Origin: Spirochaetia bacterium
Lineage (GTDB): Bacteria > Spirochaetota > Spirochaetia > DSM-16054 > Sediminispirochaetaceae
DNA length: 64,000 nucleotides
Assembly: GCA_034520965.1 (NCBI GenBank)
Contig: JAXHMY010000001.1
Coordinates: forward strand, 576,001-640,000
Reading direction: 5' to 3'
Every line of letters begins with the position of its first letter. Within the stretch, counting starts at the first letter, position 1. Shown here one piece after another: positions 1 through 8,356 of this stretch. The notes beneath the pieces are model-generated. The model had not been told where the DNA came from. It did no database searches and saw nothing but the letters and a program-made list of their open reading frames with translations. The translations under genes and the position numbers were made by a program.

Positions 1-1
1 T

Positions 2-330
2 GTGGCCGGAAGCTTAGGCCCCGGCACCAAACTGCCGAGTTTAGGGCAAGCAGATTTCGATACAGTGTATACCTCCTACTATCAGCAGGCCTGTGGTTTG
101 ATAGAAGGGGGAGTAGAGCTTTTTATCATCGAAACCTCACAAGACCTTCTGCAAATCAAAGCGGCCGTGTCGGCAGTCAAAGACGCCTCAACGGCGCAGC
201 AGCTGGACTTACCGCTGATCGTATCCGTAACGGTGGAGACTAACGGTTCAATGCTGGTGGGCTCTGGACACCTATGCCGTCACCCTTGAGCCTGCTGCCG
301 CCTTTTGTATGTTTCAATCCTCAGGCTGAT
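2..330 (+). pseudogene. metH: Methionine synthase (homocysteine S-methyltransferase domain) fragment, entering from the left edge and ending prematurely
   Basis: AGSLGPGTKLPSLG, GLIEGGVELFIIETSQDLLQIKAAV and VSVTVETNGSMLVG match the MetH N-terminal domain. The frame breaks at about 265 and no GLNC/GGCC Zn ligands follow before the convergent terminator. Confidence 0.75.
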
Positions 331-352
331 TACTTTTCTATATAGGACAGGC

Positions 353-391
353 AATAAACAACCCGCCGAATACACAAGGTACACGACGGGG
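353..391 (-). terminator. Probable intrinsic terminator of the rbr-dfx-rub transcript
   Basis: Minus strand CCCGTCG...CGGCGGG stem followed by TTGTTTATT. Confidence 0.5.
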
Positions 392-395
392 CTTT

Positions 396-466
396 CTTTA
401 CTTTCAAGTCTTTACTTTCAAGAGCTTTACTTTCAAGTCTTTACTTTCAAGTCTTTATTTTTCAGT
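396..466. repeat. 14-bp tandem repeat (CTTTACTTTCAAGT), about 5 copies
   Basis: Copies at 396, 410 (15-bp variant), 425 and 439, and a degenerate copy at 453; no spacers. Confidence 0.95.
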
Positions 467-471
467 TTCCC

Positions 472-633
472 TTAATCGACGGGAGAAAATTCGTCCTTAG
501 CTGCGCCGCATAGCGGGCACACCCAGTCGTCGGGCAGATCATCAAAAGAGGTTCCAGGGTCTACTCCGTTATCAGGATCTCCCTCTTCCGGGTCATAGAT
601 GTAGCCGCATACATTACATACGTACTTCTGCAT
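472..633 (-). CDS. rub: Rubredoxin (53 aa; below the ORF-track cutoff)
   Basis: Hand translation [53 protein letters not shown]; two CxxCG motifs; AAGGAG SD. Confidence 0.97.
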   Translation of the reverse strand: MQKYVCNVCGYIYDPEEGDPDNGVDPGTSFDDLPDDWVCPLCGAAKDEFSPVD

Positions 634-657
634 TTTTCGCTCCTTTACAGTGAAATA

Positions 658-1041
658 TTATTGATCCGCCCGCCATAAACCGTGGACGTTACAGTACTCA
701 CGCGCAGATACTTTCGATGCCTGAACACAAAACTCAGCAACCGGCTTATCACCAGGCTTGAGAAATTTCCGATAAGATTTTCCGTCTGCTATAAGCTCAA
801 TCCATTCAATGTAGTGTTTCTCTTCCATCGGATGCAGGGTGCTGCCGACAGTTACCTTGAAGCCATCGGATGTCTTTTCGATGAGCGGCACATGCTTTTC
901 AGTAGTCGAATCCGCAGTTTTCTCATCTAGCAGGGTCATATTTTGACCGCAGCATACCAAGTCACCTTCGCCCGTGTGTAATACTTCTACAATATTACCA
1001 CAGATCTCGCACTTGTAAATTCCATTTAATTTAGTTGCCAT
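658..1041 (-). CDS. dfx: Desulfoferrodoxin (2Fe superoxide reductase)
   Basis: YKCEICGN...LVCCG centre [18 protein letters not shown] and CNVHG centre II. Confidence 0.97.
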   Translation of the reverse strand: MATKLNGIYKCEICGNIVEVLHTGEGDLVCCGQNMTLLDEKTADSTTEKHVPLIEKTSDGFKVTVGSTLHPMEEKHYIEWIELIADGKSYRKFLKPGDKPVAEFCVQASKVSAREYCNVHGLWRADQ

Positions 1042-1122
1042 AAAGTCCTCCTTAAGACTGTTCTTTTTACAGTGTTTTCAAGAGTATATTTATAGTATAT
1101 CTCCAAAAGCACCTCTTTGGTC

Positions 1123-1698
1123 TTACCAGTTTTCTCCGAGCAATTCAAAATAGCTCTGAGGATGGGCACATGCCGGACACTGTTGGGGTGGGGCCTGGCC
1201 TTCAAACAGGTAGCCGCAGTTTATGCAGCGCCATGTCACAGATTCATCACGCTTAAAAACCCGACCAGCTTCAATGTTGGCCCTCAAGTCATTATAGCGT
1301 TTCTCGTGCTGTTTTTCCGCAACCATCACCGCTTCAAAAACCGCCGCTACATCCGTAAAACCTTCTTCCCGTGCCTTGGCGGCGAAGGATGGGTACATAT
1401 CGGTCCATTCGTAATTTTCACCTTCCGCGGCCGCCTTCAAATTGTCGGCGGTACTGCCGACTACACCTGCCGGGAAAGCCGCCTGTACTTCGACTTCGCC
1501 CCCCTGCAGGAATTTGAAAAAGCGCTTCGCATGTTCCTTTTCCTGATTTGCGGTTTCCTCAAAAATTTGAGAAATTTGCACTAAACCTTCTTTCTTTGCT
1601 TGGGATGCAAAATAGGTATACCGGTTTCTGGCTTGCGATTCACCAGCAAATGCGGTAAGTAGGTTTTTTTCAGTCTGAGTTCCTTTTAGGTCTTTCAT
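1123..1698 (-). CDS. rbr: Rubrerythrin
   Basis: [16 protein letters not shown] and EKQH di-iron motifs; C-terminal WRCINCG...CPAC; ATG at 1698 after AAAGGAG. Confidence 0.97.
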   Translation of the reverse strand: MKDLKGTQTEKNLLTAFAGESQARNRYTYFASQAKKEGLVQISQIFEETANQEKEHAKRFFKFLQGGEVEVQAAFPAGVVGSTADNLKAAAEGENYEWTDMYPSFAAKAREEGFTDVAAVFEAVMVAEKQHEKRYNDLRANIEAGRVFKRDESVTWRCINCGYLFEGQAPPQQCPACAHPQSYFELLGENW

Positions 1699-1802
1699 CC
1701 TAACTCCTTTCAATCTTTCGTGATTAGATTCTACCTTACGGGAAGAATCATAATCAACAGGTTAAATAAAATCAAATTTTAATGCGATAAATTTGGCAAG
1801 TT

Positions 1803-2783
1803 TCAGCTTAAGTCGCGATCGTACATTTCGACAATTTGTTTCACTTGGCTTCGAATTTGCCGGCGGTAAGTTAGTGGTTCAAGCACTTCAACTGAGGTGC
1901 CGCACTGTATCAGACGTAAAAAAAGTTCTATTGAGTTTTCGACCTCGACCCGGCAAATAATATCTCCATTCTCATCCGGTTCTTCGGTTTCCAAATTTTT
2001 GTAATACAGATAACGAAACACGTTGAGTACGGACCGCTCGCGCATCCGAAGTTTCAGAGGAATCAAATCATAGCTTGGAGCAGGCCCATCATCACTTACC
2101 CGCCGAAAGGCTTTCAGGTTATCGGGAATAGTATAGGTCTGATCAAGAATCTCAGCTTCCTTTATGTCGGTTATATCAATAGTCTTTACTTCAGCTGTAT
2201 GACGTAGCCGGCCTGTTACACTAATAGGCCGGCGGCCGTTGGACTGTTCACTAAAACCTATAAAGTAGGGAGCAAATTCGGTTTCTTCCTCTAAGCCGCT
2301 CTGCTTATCTACATGCTTTATTCTTACAATTTTGCCGGATACCCATGAATCGGTCAACGTTTCCAGGACCCGAATGTAAGCAGGGTCCTGCTTATGAGCC
2401 CCCAGCTCGATTGATTCTGCAACTGCATTGATGTTTTCGCTCATAGTCGGGGCATAAGTGCGAAGGTTACCGGCGAGCTTGCGAAGCCCTGAGGACATAT
2501 GCGGATTTTGATATTCAGTGTGCTTGGACAGGAGTTCTGCAGACAGGTGAAAGGCCAGGCTCTCGTAGACGCTCAACTTCATCATATTCATTGATTCATC
2601 CTGGGAAACTCCAATTGCATAGTCATCTTCCCAGATATCAATTTTTTTCTTCAATTCATCCACATAGCGCCCGATTGTGGAACGGTGAACCCCCAGACGC
2701 CGGGCAATTTCAGCCCTCCGCATACCTTCGGGATGTGAGAGGAGTAGAAGTTCAAGCTGCATCAGTCGTTCATTTTTCCCCAT
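1803..2783 (-). CDS. HTH-WYL-WCX transcriptional regulator with a degenerate WYL domain
   Basis: N-terminal wHTH (AEIARRLGVHRSTIGRY); WYL-like 'FAPYFI' segment; WCX tail GTSVEVLEPLTYRRQI. Confidence 0.85.
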   Translation of the reverse strand: MGKNERLMQLELLLLSHPEGMRRAEIARRLGVHRSTIGRYVDELKKKIDIWEDDYAIGVSQDESMNMMKLSVYESLAFHLSAELLSKHTEYQNPHMSSGLRKLAGNLRTYAPTMSENINAVAESIELGAHKQDPAYIRVLETLTDSWVSGKIVRIKHVDKQSGLEEETEFAPYFIGFSEQSNGRRPISVTGRLRHTAEVKTIDITDIKEAEILDQTYTIPDNLKAFRRVSDDGPAPSYDLIPLKLRMRERSVLNVFRYLYYKNLETEEPDENGDIICRVEVENSIELFLRLIQCGTSVEVLEPLTYRRQIRSQVKQIVEMYDRDLS

Positions 2784-2793
2784 ACAAACAATT

Positions 2794-2822
2794 ATTGTAT
2801 GAGGAAAATGAAAAAAAGACAA
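2794..2822 (-). promoter_or_regulatory. Sigma70-type promoter of the WYL gene
   Basis: TTGTCT-N17-TACAAT, 10 nt before the ATG at 2783; no SD. Confidence 0.6.
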
Positions 2823-2834
2823 GTGAGCAGCTAT

Positions 2835-2872
2835 CTCATTTTGGATAGTGTAATTAGACTATCCAAAATGAG
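2835..2872. repeat. Perfect 15-bp inverted repeat (operator or hairpin)
   Basis: CTCATTTTGGATAGT-gtaattag-ACTATCCAAAATGAG. Confidence 0.9.
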
Positions 2873-3024
2873 TACGCCTCCAAACGTATGAGATATATAA
2901 AATTTTGCAAAAGAATCTCATGCGGCATCGTAAATTCCGGAAGTCAAAAGACTTCCAAATTTAGAATCGCTGACAAGTGAGGTTATTAGTTATCGGGGCA
3001 GTTCCGTTTGCTGCTCTTCAGGGG

Positions 3025-3480
3025 TTATTTCCAGACTTTCCATTCCAATTCATGGGGTTCCAGTCTAAAAAGCGATCCTTTTCCCTCGTAGAAACCGTGT
3101 TCACCAATCAAATGAATATTGAAATCGGTATAGACAATTTCTCGCCCAAGCCGGGTATTACGAACAGTGGTGTTTGTTTTCGGAATAAGCCCCGCACCGC
3201 CGAAGGGGCTGGGTATGCCGCCCCGTACCGAATCAACCCGAACCTCAAAATTGGGCTCTAGGCCGATAAACTCGCCTAGTCCGTCCTTTCCTCGGTCACG
3301 TAAAGCCGCCATCTTGTCTGCAATTACTCGATGGGTGGTTCCTAAGCGGCGCACTTCCGCCTCGTCTTCTTCTAAAATTTCTACCAAATCTCTTTTATCG
3401 GTTCCAAGAAAACCATGCAGGGTCAATACCCCCGGCTTCATATTCTCCTGAACCTGCTTTAATTGCGGTGATTGTTTCAT
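3025..3480 (-). CDS. Hypothetical soluble protein, last gene of the NQR-like operon (the true stop may be near 2990 after a frameshift)
   Basis: Starts 11 nt after the nqrF-like stop with an AGGAG SD; motifs GFLGxD, RGGIPSPF, IHLIGEHGFYEGKGS. Confidence 0.8.
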   Translation of the reverse strand: MKQSPQLKQVQENMKPGVLTLHGFLGTDKRDLVEILEEDEAEVRRLGTTHRVIADKMAALRDRGKDGLGEFIGLEPNFEVRVDSVRGGIPSPFGGAGLIPKTNTTVRNTRLGREIVYTDFNIHLIGEHGFYEGKGSLFRLEPHELEWKVWK

Positions 3481-3491
3481 AACTGATTCTC

Positions 3492-4595
3492 CTAACCGAA
3501 CTTGTCGAAATAGGTAAGTTCATCGGGAACACCCTTGTCCGAAAGAACCTTTATACAGGCATCTATCATGCCGGGGCTTCCACATAAGTATGCCTCTGTG
3601 TTCTCGCCGGACTCCATATGCCGTGCAACAACATCTGTGATAAGTCCTGTTTCACCTTCCCACTCGTCTTCCTCTTCAGGATCGCTGAGGGCCGGAATAA
3701 ACTCGAAGTTGGGCAGTTCCTTCTCTAAGCGTCGCATCTCCTCTACCAGAAACAGATCCTTTTTGGATCGTGCACCAAAGAAGTACCGAGCCCGCCGGTT
3801 AATTCCCTTTTCCGCCATACTTAACAGAATGGATTTAATCGGCGCCATACCCGAACCGCCGGCGATAAAGATTATCTCCCGCTCGGTTTCACGCAGAAAG
3901 AAATCGCCGTAGGGGCCGTTGAAAATAATATCATCTCCCTCCTTCATGTAGTTATGGACATAGGTGGTGGCGATGCCGTTGGGCACAAGTCGAACCTCCA
4001 GCTCTACATGCTTTGTATCACTGGGGTTAGAGGCCACCGAATAGGCGCGGTACACCGGCTCATCGGTCAGTTCATACTCCGGTACTCTCAGCTGCACGAA
4101 TTGTCCCGGCACCATACTTATTTCGGGAGGGTCGACTACCTCCAGGGTTACCTCTTTGATGTCGTGGGTGAGATCCCTGACCTTTGTCACCTTGGACTGG
4201 AACTCCTTTACGTTGAAGAGCTCCTCCGGAATTTCTAGGGACATATCATTTTTAACTTTAATCTGACAAGAGAGGCGCACATTCTCCGCTTGCTCCTCCT
4301 CAGAGATCCAGGGAAGCTCCGTCGGAAGATACTGGCCGGCCCCCTCCTTGACCGTCACCTTGCACAGACCGCAGGATCCGCGTCCGCCGCAGGCCGAGGG
4401 GATAAAGATCTCCTGCTCCATCAAGGTACCCAAGAGAGGTTTGCCTCCCTTTACGTCATACTCCTTATCGCCATTAATAGTAATCTTTACCTCGCCGTAA
4501 TTGGCGATTGTGGCGTCGGCGATAACCATTAGAATTGCCAAGAAAGCGGAAATACCGGAGACCGCGCCGACACTTATCATTAATGCGGAAATCAT
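3492..4595 (-). CDS. nqrF: NqrF-like NADH-oxidising subunit (TM anchor, 2Fe-2S, FAD/NAD; short monooxygenase-reductase type)
   Basis: SACGGRGSCGLC...RLSC, RAYS, GGSGMAP, YLCGSPGM. Confidence 0.85.
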   Translation of the reverse strand: MISALMISVGAVSGISAFLAILMVIADATIANYGEVKITINGDKEYDVKGGKPLLGTLMEQEIFIPSACGGRGSCGLCKVTVKEGAGQYLPTELPWISEEEQAENVRLSCQIKVKNDMSLEIPEELFNVKEFQSKVTKVRDLTHDIKEVTLEVVDPPEISMVPGQFVQLRVPEYELTDEPVYRAYSVASNPSDTKHVELEVRLVPNGIATTYVHNYMKEGDDIIFNGPYGDFFLRETEREIIFIAGGSGMAPIKSILLSMAEKGINRRARYFFGARSKKDLFLVEEMRRLEKELPNFEFIPALSDPEEEDEWEGETGLITDVVARHMESGENTEAYLCGSPGMIDACIKVLSDKGVPDELTYFDKFG

Positions 4596-4603
4596 GCTAC
4601 CTC

Positions 4604-5197
4604 CTAACCTATCTGCAGCATTCCGGAAAAACCCATGAAGGCCAGGGCCATCATTCCGGTAATTATTAGAGTAATTCCTGCGCCCTCAAGGCCGTGGGGT
4701 ATTCGGGCCCGTTTCAGTTTTTGACGAATGCCGGCCATTGCCAGAATTGCCAGAAACCAGCCTATTCCACTACCGAGTCCGAAGGTAATCGATTCGACAA
4801 AGGTGTAATCGCGGATCACCATAAACAGACTTACACCGAGGATGGCACAGTTGACAGTAATCAACGGCAGAAAAATTCCCAGAGCTGCGTACAGCACCTC
4901 AGACACCCGTTCGATTATCATTTCAACCAGCTGAACGAAGGCTGCGATTACAATGATAAACACAATAAAACGCAGGTACTCTATTCCTAGAGGTTCAAGA
5001 ATTTTATAGTACACTACCCAGTTCAGCATACTGGTGCTGGTCATTACGAAAATAACCGCAACCCCCAGGCCGAAGGATGTTTTCAACTCCCGAGACACCG
5101 ATAAAAAGGAGCACATGCCTAAATAGTTTGACAGGAGTATATTGTTGGTAAAGATAGCCGCAAAGAAAATCGCTATCGGATATGCGCTTTCACTCAT
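4604..5197 (-). CDS. nqrE: NqrE/RnfA-family membrane subunit
   Basis: NILLSNYLGMCSF, GIFLPLITVNCAILG, MALAFMGFSG. Confidence 0.9.
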   Translation of the reverse strand: MSESAYPIAIFFAAIFTNNILLSNYLGMCSFLSVSRELKTSFGLGVAVIFVMTSTSMLNWVVYYKILEPLGIEYLRFIVFIIVIAAFVQLVEMIIERVSEVLYAALGIFLPLITVNCAILGVSLFMVIRDYTFVESITFGLGSGIGWFLAILAMAGIRQKLKRARIPHGLEGAGITLIITGMMALAFMGFSGMLQIG

Positions 5198-5811
5198 TTA
5201 GCCGCCTCCTCTTCTTTTAGAATTGCACCCTTCACAACCCACACAAAAATGGCCAGCATGAAAAATGCCCCAGGAGGCATCACCATAATGGCCCAATTGG
5301 TCCACCAGTCGCCGAGGATGGTTATTCCCCACAGTTCACCGGTACCCATCAGCTCCCGGAAAAAGGCAATAACTATCAGTACATACGCATAACCGATTCC
5401 CGATGAAAGCCCGTCAATTAATGATAGTCCGGCACTGTTGTTCATGGCGAAAGCCTCGGCCCGGCCCATAATAATACAGTTGGTAATGATCAGGCCCACA
5501 TACGGGCCCAGCTGCTGCCATACATCCGGCATATATGCCCTCAGGGTGATGTCTACAATAATCACAAAACTGGCAATGATTAAGGTTTCCGCCATCATCC
5601 TCACCCGCCCTGGAATCAGTTTTCTAAGGGCCGATATTGTTACCCCCGACAGGGTAGTGGTAAAAATTACACCTAAACTCATTATAACCGTGTTTTCAAG
5701 TTTATTAGTTACCGCCAGGGTAGAGCATATTCCCAATACCTGGGCAAACACCGGGTTGTTCTTTCCAAGCGGGTCTGTAAAGGTTTTTTTCATTTTTCCG
5801 CGTGTTGCCAT
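5194..5811 (-). CDS. nqrD: NqrD/RnfE-family membrane subunit
   Basis: NNPVFAQVLGICSTLAVT, VGLIITNCIIMGRAEAFA, PPGAF. Confidence 0.9.
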   Translation of the reverse strand: MATRGKMKKTFTDPLGKNNPVFAQVLGICSTLAVTNKLENTVIMSLGVIFTTTLSGVTISALRKLIPGRVRMMAETLIIASFVIIVDITLRAYMPDVWQQLGPYVGLIITNCIIMGRAEAFAMNNSAGLSLIDGLSSGIGYAYVLIVIAFFRELMGTGELWGITILGDWWTNWAIMVMPPGAFFMLAIFVWVVKGAILKEEEAAK

Positions 5812-5812
5812 T

Positions 5813-6433
5813 TTACTCTCCCCCCTGTTCTACTGTTTCCCGGGCCTCTTCGGCCGCTTTGTTGGCTATTTTAAGAACCGCCTCCGAGGTGCGCGAAGCG
5901 CCGGTTAATGCATCAAGCTCATCTGGTGAGTCCGAAGCGCCCTCAGCCACCAGTTGGAAGGGGCCGCTTTTCCCACGAAATTGCTCCTTATACCACTGTT
6001 CGGTTATGCGCGCACCCAGACCGGGAGTCTCGTTTTGCTCTACAAACTCTACCCCGGTAAAGGTTTCAAGGTCCTGCCGGAAACCGAAAATCGACACAAT
6101 TTCGCCCCACAATCCGGCTCCTCGCACATACACCGCATAACCGGTTTCACCGGAGGGCAGTTCAACTCGAAAATAGTCCGGCTGCCCCTGCTCTCCACCG
6201 ACCTCTTGTACACGATCTTCATAGATTTCCTGAATTTTCGGCGGGTTATCCCGGGGAAAATCTATGCCGGCGGCGTACAACACCGCCCGCTTCTGAAAAA
6301 TCGATTCATTAAGCCGTACTCGCTCTTCTGTGGTAAGAAAAATCCCGGATACCGCACTTATAAACACCACCGTCAGTGCTACCATAAACAGGACCGGGTA
6401 CACCCTGGTTGAAAACATGCTCTCCTGTTTCAT
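5813..6433 (-). CDS. nqrC: NqrC/RnfG-family FMN-binding subunit
   Basis: GAGLWG, ETPGLG and DALTGASRTS (flavinylation motif with Ser). Confidence 0.88.
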   Translation of the reverse strand: MKQESMFSTRVYPVLFMVALTVVFISAVSGIFLTTEERVRLNESIFQKRAVLYAAGIDFPRDNPPKIQEIYEDRVQEVGGEQGQPDYFRVELPSGETGYAVYVRGAGLWGEIVSIFGFRQDLETFTGVEFVEQNETPGLGARITEQWYKEQFRGKSGPFQLVAEGASDSPDELDALTGASRTSEAVLKIANKAAEEARETVEQGGE

Positions 6434-7395
6434 GCCGTGGCCGCCTTCTCTTTTTTCTTCTTTTTCTGTTCCTTGATCAAATGATCAATTAACGGGGCAA
6501 ACATATTTGCAAACAACAGGGCAAAGGTTACCCCTTCCGGCCAGCCGGAATAGACCCTGATAAGCACTGTCATAATTCCAAAGATAGAGCCGTAAATCCA
6601 GCGCCCGAGGTTTGTTGTCTGGGACGCAGACACAGGGTCGGTAACCATAAATACCGCCGCAAACAGAAAACTGCCGCTGAACAGGGCATACACAGGGTTA
6701 ATCGCCCCCTGAATACCACTGTAGAAGAGTGCTCCATAGAGCAACAGAAACGATACGACCGAGGCTGCAATAAAATGCCAGTTGGCACTCTTCTTCCATA
6801 CGATGTAGGCTCCGCCTAAAATGATCAGCAAAGCACTGGTTTCACCAAAGGAACCCACTAAATTGCCCAGAAACAGGTCCCTCAAGGCAAACTCAGCTCC
6901 CTGTGCCTGCTGAACTAGGGGGGTCACACTCGATACTGTATCAATAGAGGGAGTCCAAGCTGCAAAACCCCGCAAAGCGGTTCCTGCAACCGGATCAACA
7001 AAGCGTCCCGTCAGAGGAACGCCAAAACTGATATAGATAAAAGCCCGTCCGGAAATTGCAGGGTTAAACACATTCTTTCCGAAGCCGCCAAAGACCATCT
7101 TACCGAATACCACTCCAAACACAATTCCAACCACTGCGATCCAGAGGGGAATAGTCGGTGGCAGCGAAAGAGCGAACAAAAAATTAGTTACCAGCACCGA
7201 AGAGGTAACTTTCATCGAGTACGTCCGCGCCATAAGGTATTCGGTAAGAATACCAACCGCATTTACCACTGCAAGTACAAGGAGAAACCGCCACCCAAAA
7301 TAATAGATAGCAGCTACTACCAAAGGTGTCAGAGCATACACTACTTTAAGCATGGGCGGTTGCATCTGCATAAACGAATTCTTTTTAGCATTCAT
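6430..7395 (-). CDS. nqrB: NqrB/RnfD-family membrane subunit (short, 321 aa)
   Basis: GKMVFGGFGKNVFNPA, DTVSSVTPL (FMN Thr), GSFGETSA, FMVTDPVS, EGVTFALLFANMFAPLID. Confidence 0.88.
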   Translation of the reverse strand: MNAKKNSFMQMQPPMLKVVYALTPLVVAAIYYFGWRFLLVLAVVNAVGILTEYLMARTYSMKVTSSVLVTNFLFALSLPPTIPLWIAVVGIVFGVVFGKMVFGGFGKNVFNPAISGRAFIYISFGVPLTGRFVDPVAGTALRGFAAWTPSIDTVSSVTPLVQQAQGAEFALRDLFLGNLVGSFGETSALLIILGGAYIVWKKSANWHFIAASVVSFLLLYGALFYSGIQGAINPVYALFSGSFLFAAVFMVTDPVSASQTTNLGRWIYGSIFGIMTVLIRVYSGWPEGVTFALLFANMFAPLIDHLIKEQKKKKKEKAATA

Positions 7396-7402
7396 ACCCG
7401 TA

Positions 7403-7431
7403 ATTATTAAGACTTTAAAACTAGTTGTCAA
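7403..7431 (-). promoter_or_regulatory. Sigma70-type, probably leaderless promoter of the NQR-like operon
   Basis: TTGACA-N17-AATAAT-N7-ATG(7395); no SD. Confidence 0.65.
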
Positions 7432-7677
7432 ACAGGCACTTCCAAAATTGAATTACTTTTTGAAAGTTTTTTAATCCAGGCGGCACAATTTACGCATAAT
7501 GTACGCAGTTGTCTCAAATTTCTTCGCTACAGCTAACGTCCTCAAAAGATTCCTGTTTTGAAAAATTAAGATAAGAATTCATTCTTTCACCCACATCTTT
7601 CAGTTGTGATTTTATATTTTCTATTACCACTTCTGTTTAGTAGTATATCAACGGGTTTCACAAGATAATGGTTATCT

Positions 7678-8091
7678 ATGGATGCAAAGCAGTTAGGCCG
7701 GAATATCCGAAAATTCCGTGAAGAAGCAGGCTTGTCTCAGCAATCTCTTGCCGATCAGCTTAACATCTCCTTTCAACAACTTCAAAAGTACGAATATGGA
7801 CAAAGCCGGATTACCGTGGAGCGGATGATAGAGATCTCCCGGATACTGAAAGTGCCGATAGCCCGGCTAGTGCCTAAATTGCCGGAAGACTCTGCACAGG
7901 GCTCCTACAGTGCTGAGAGTGAAAGCTTTGCACCCTTTGAGAGGGTACTTGTAAGTCCTGAGGAGACAGCTCTACTAAAAGTCTTCCGCAGAATTCATAG
8001 CCGGCGGGTGCGCAACATTCTTCTGCAACAGGCAAAAGCATGGGTTGAAGCCGAAAGAGATATGCTGAACAGAACTGAAAATTCTGAATAA
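7678..8091 (+). CDS. XRE-family HTH transcriptional regulator
   Basis: LGRNIRKFREEAGLSQQSLADQLNISFQQLQKYEYGQSRI. Confidence 0.92.
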   Translation: MDAKQLGRNIRKFREEAGLSQQSLADQLNISFQQLQKYEYGQSRITVERMIEISRILKVPIARLVPKLPEDSAQGSYSAESESFAPFERVLVSPEETALLKVFRRIHSRRVRNILLQQAKAWVEAERDMLNRTENSE

Positions 8092-8356
8092 TTATAAACC
8101 ACCTCATTTTCCCTCCATCTCCCAAATTTATGAACGTGCCCATTGATAGCTGCCTTATAGGACATATGTCCACCTGAAGCTAATAAAGGGTTTGCATATT
8201 TATCAATTTAATTCTTTCTAGTTTAAATAAATATTCACATACATATCCTTCATAAATAGGACCCATTTATCGGACTGTTGGACTATTTTCTTCTTGAAAA
8301 ATCGCCACTTATGATTTACTCTACTTTATTAAACTTACAAAAAGGAGTAAGAAGAA

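Noticed and set aside
396..466. Possible CRISPR array (the minus-strand unit contains TTGAAAG and a WYL gene is nearby)
   Set aside because: The units are 14 bp, directly abutting, with no spacers, and there are no cas genes in the window
8160..8171. Perfect 12-bp palindrome GGACATATGTCC upstream of oppA
   Set aside because: Single occurrence far from the start with no supporting context; could be chance
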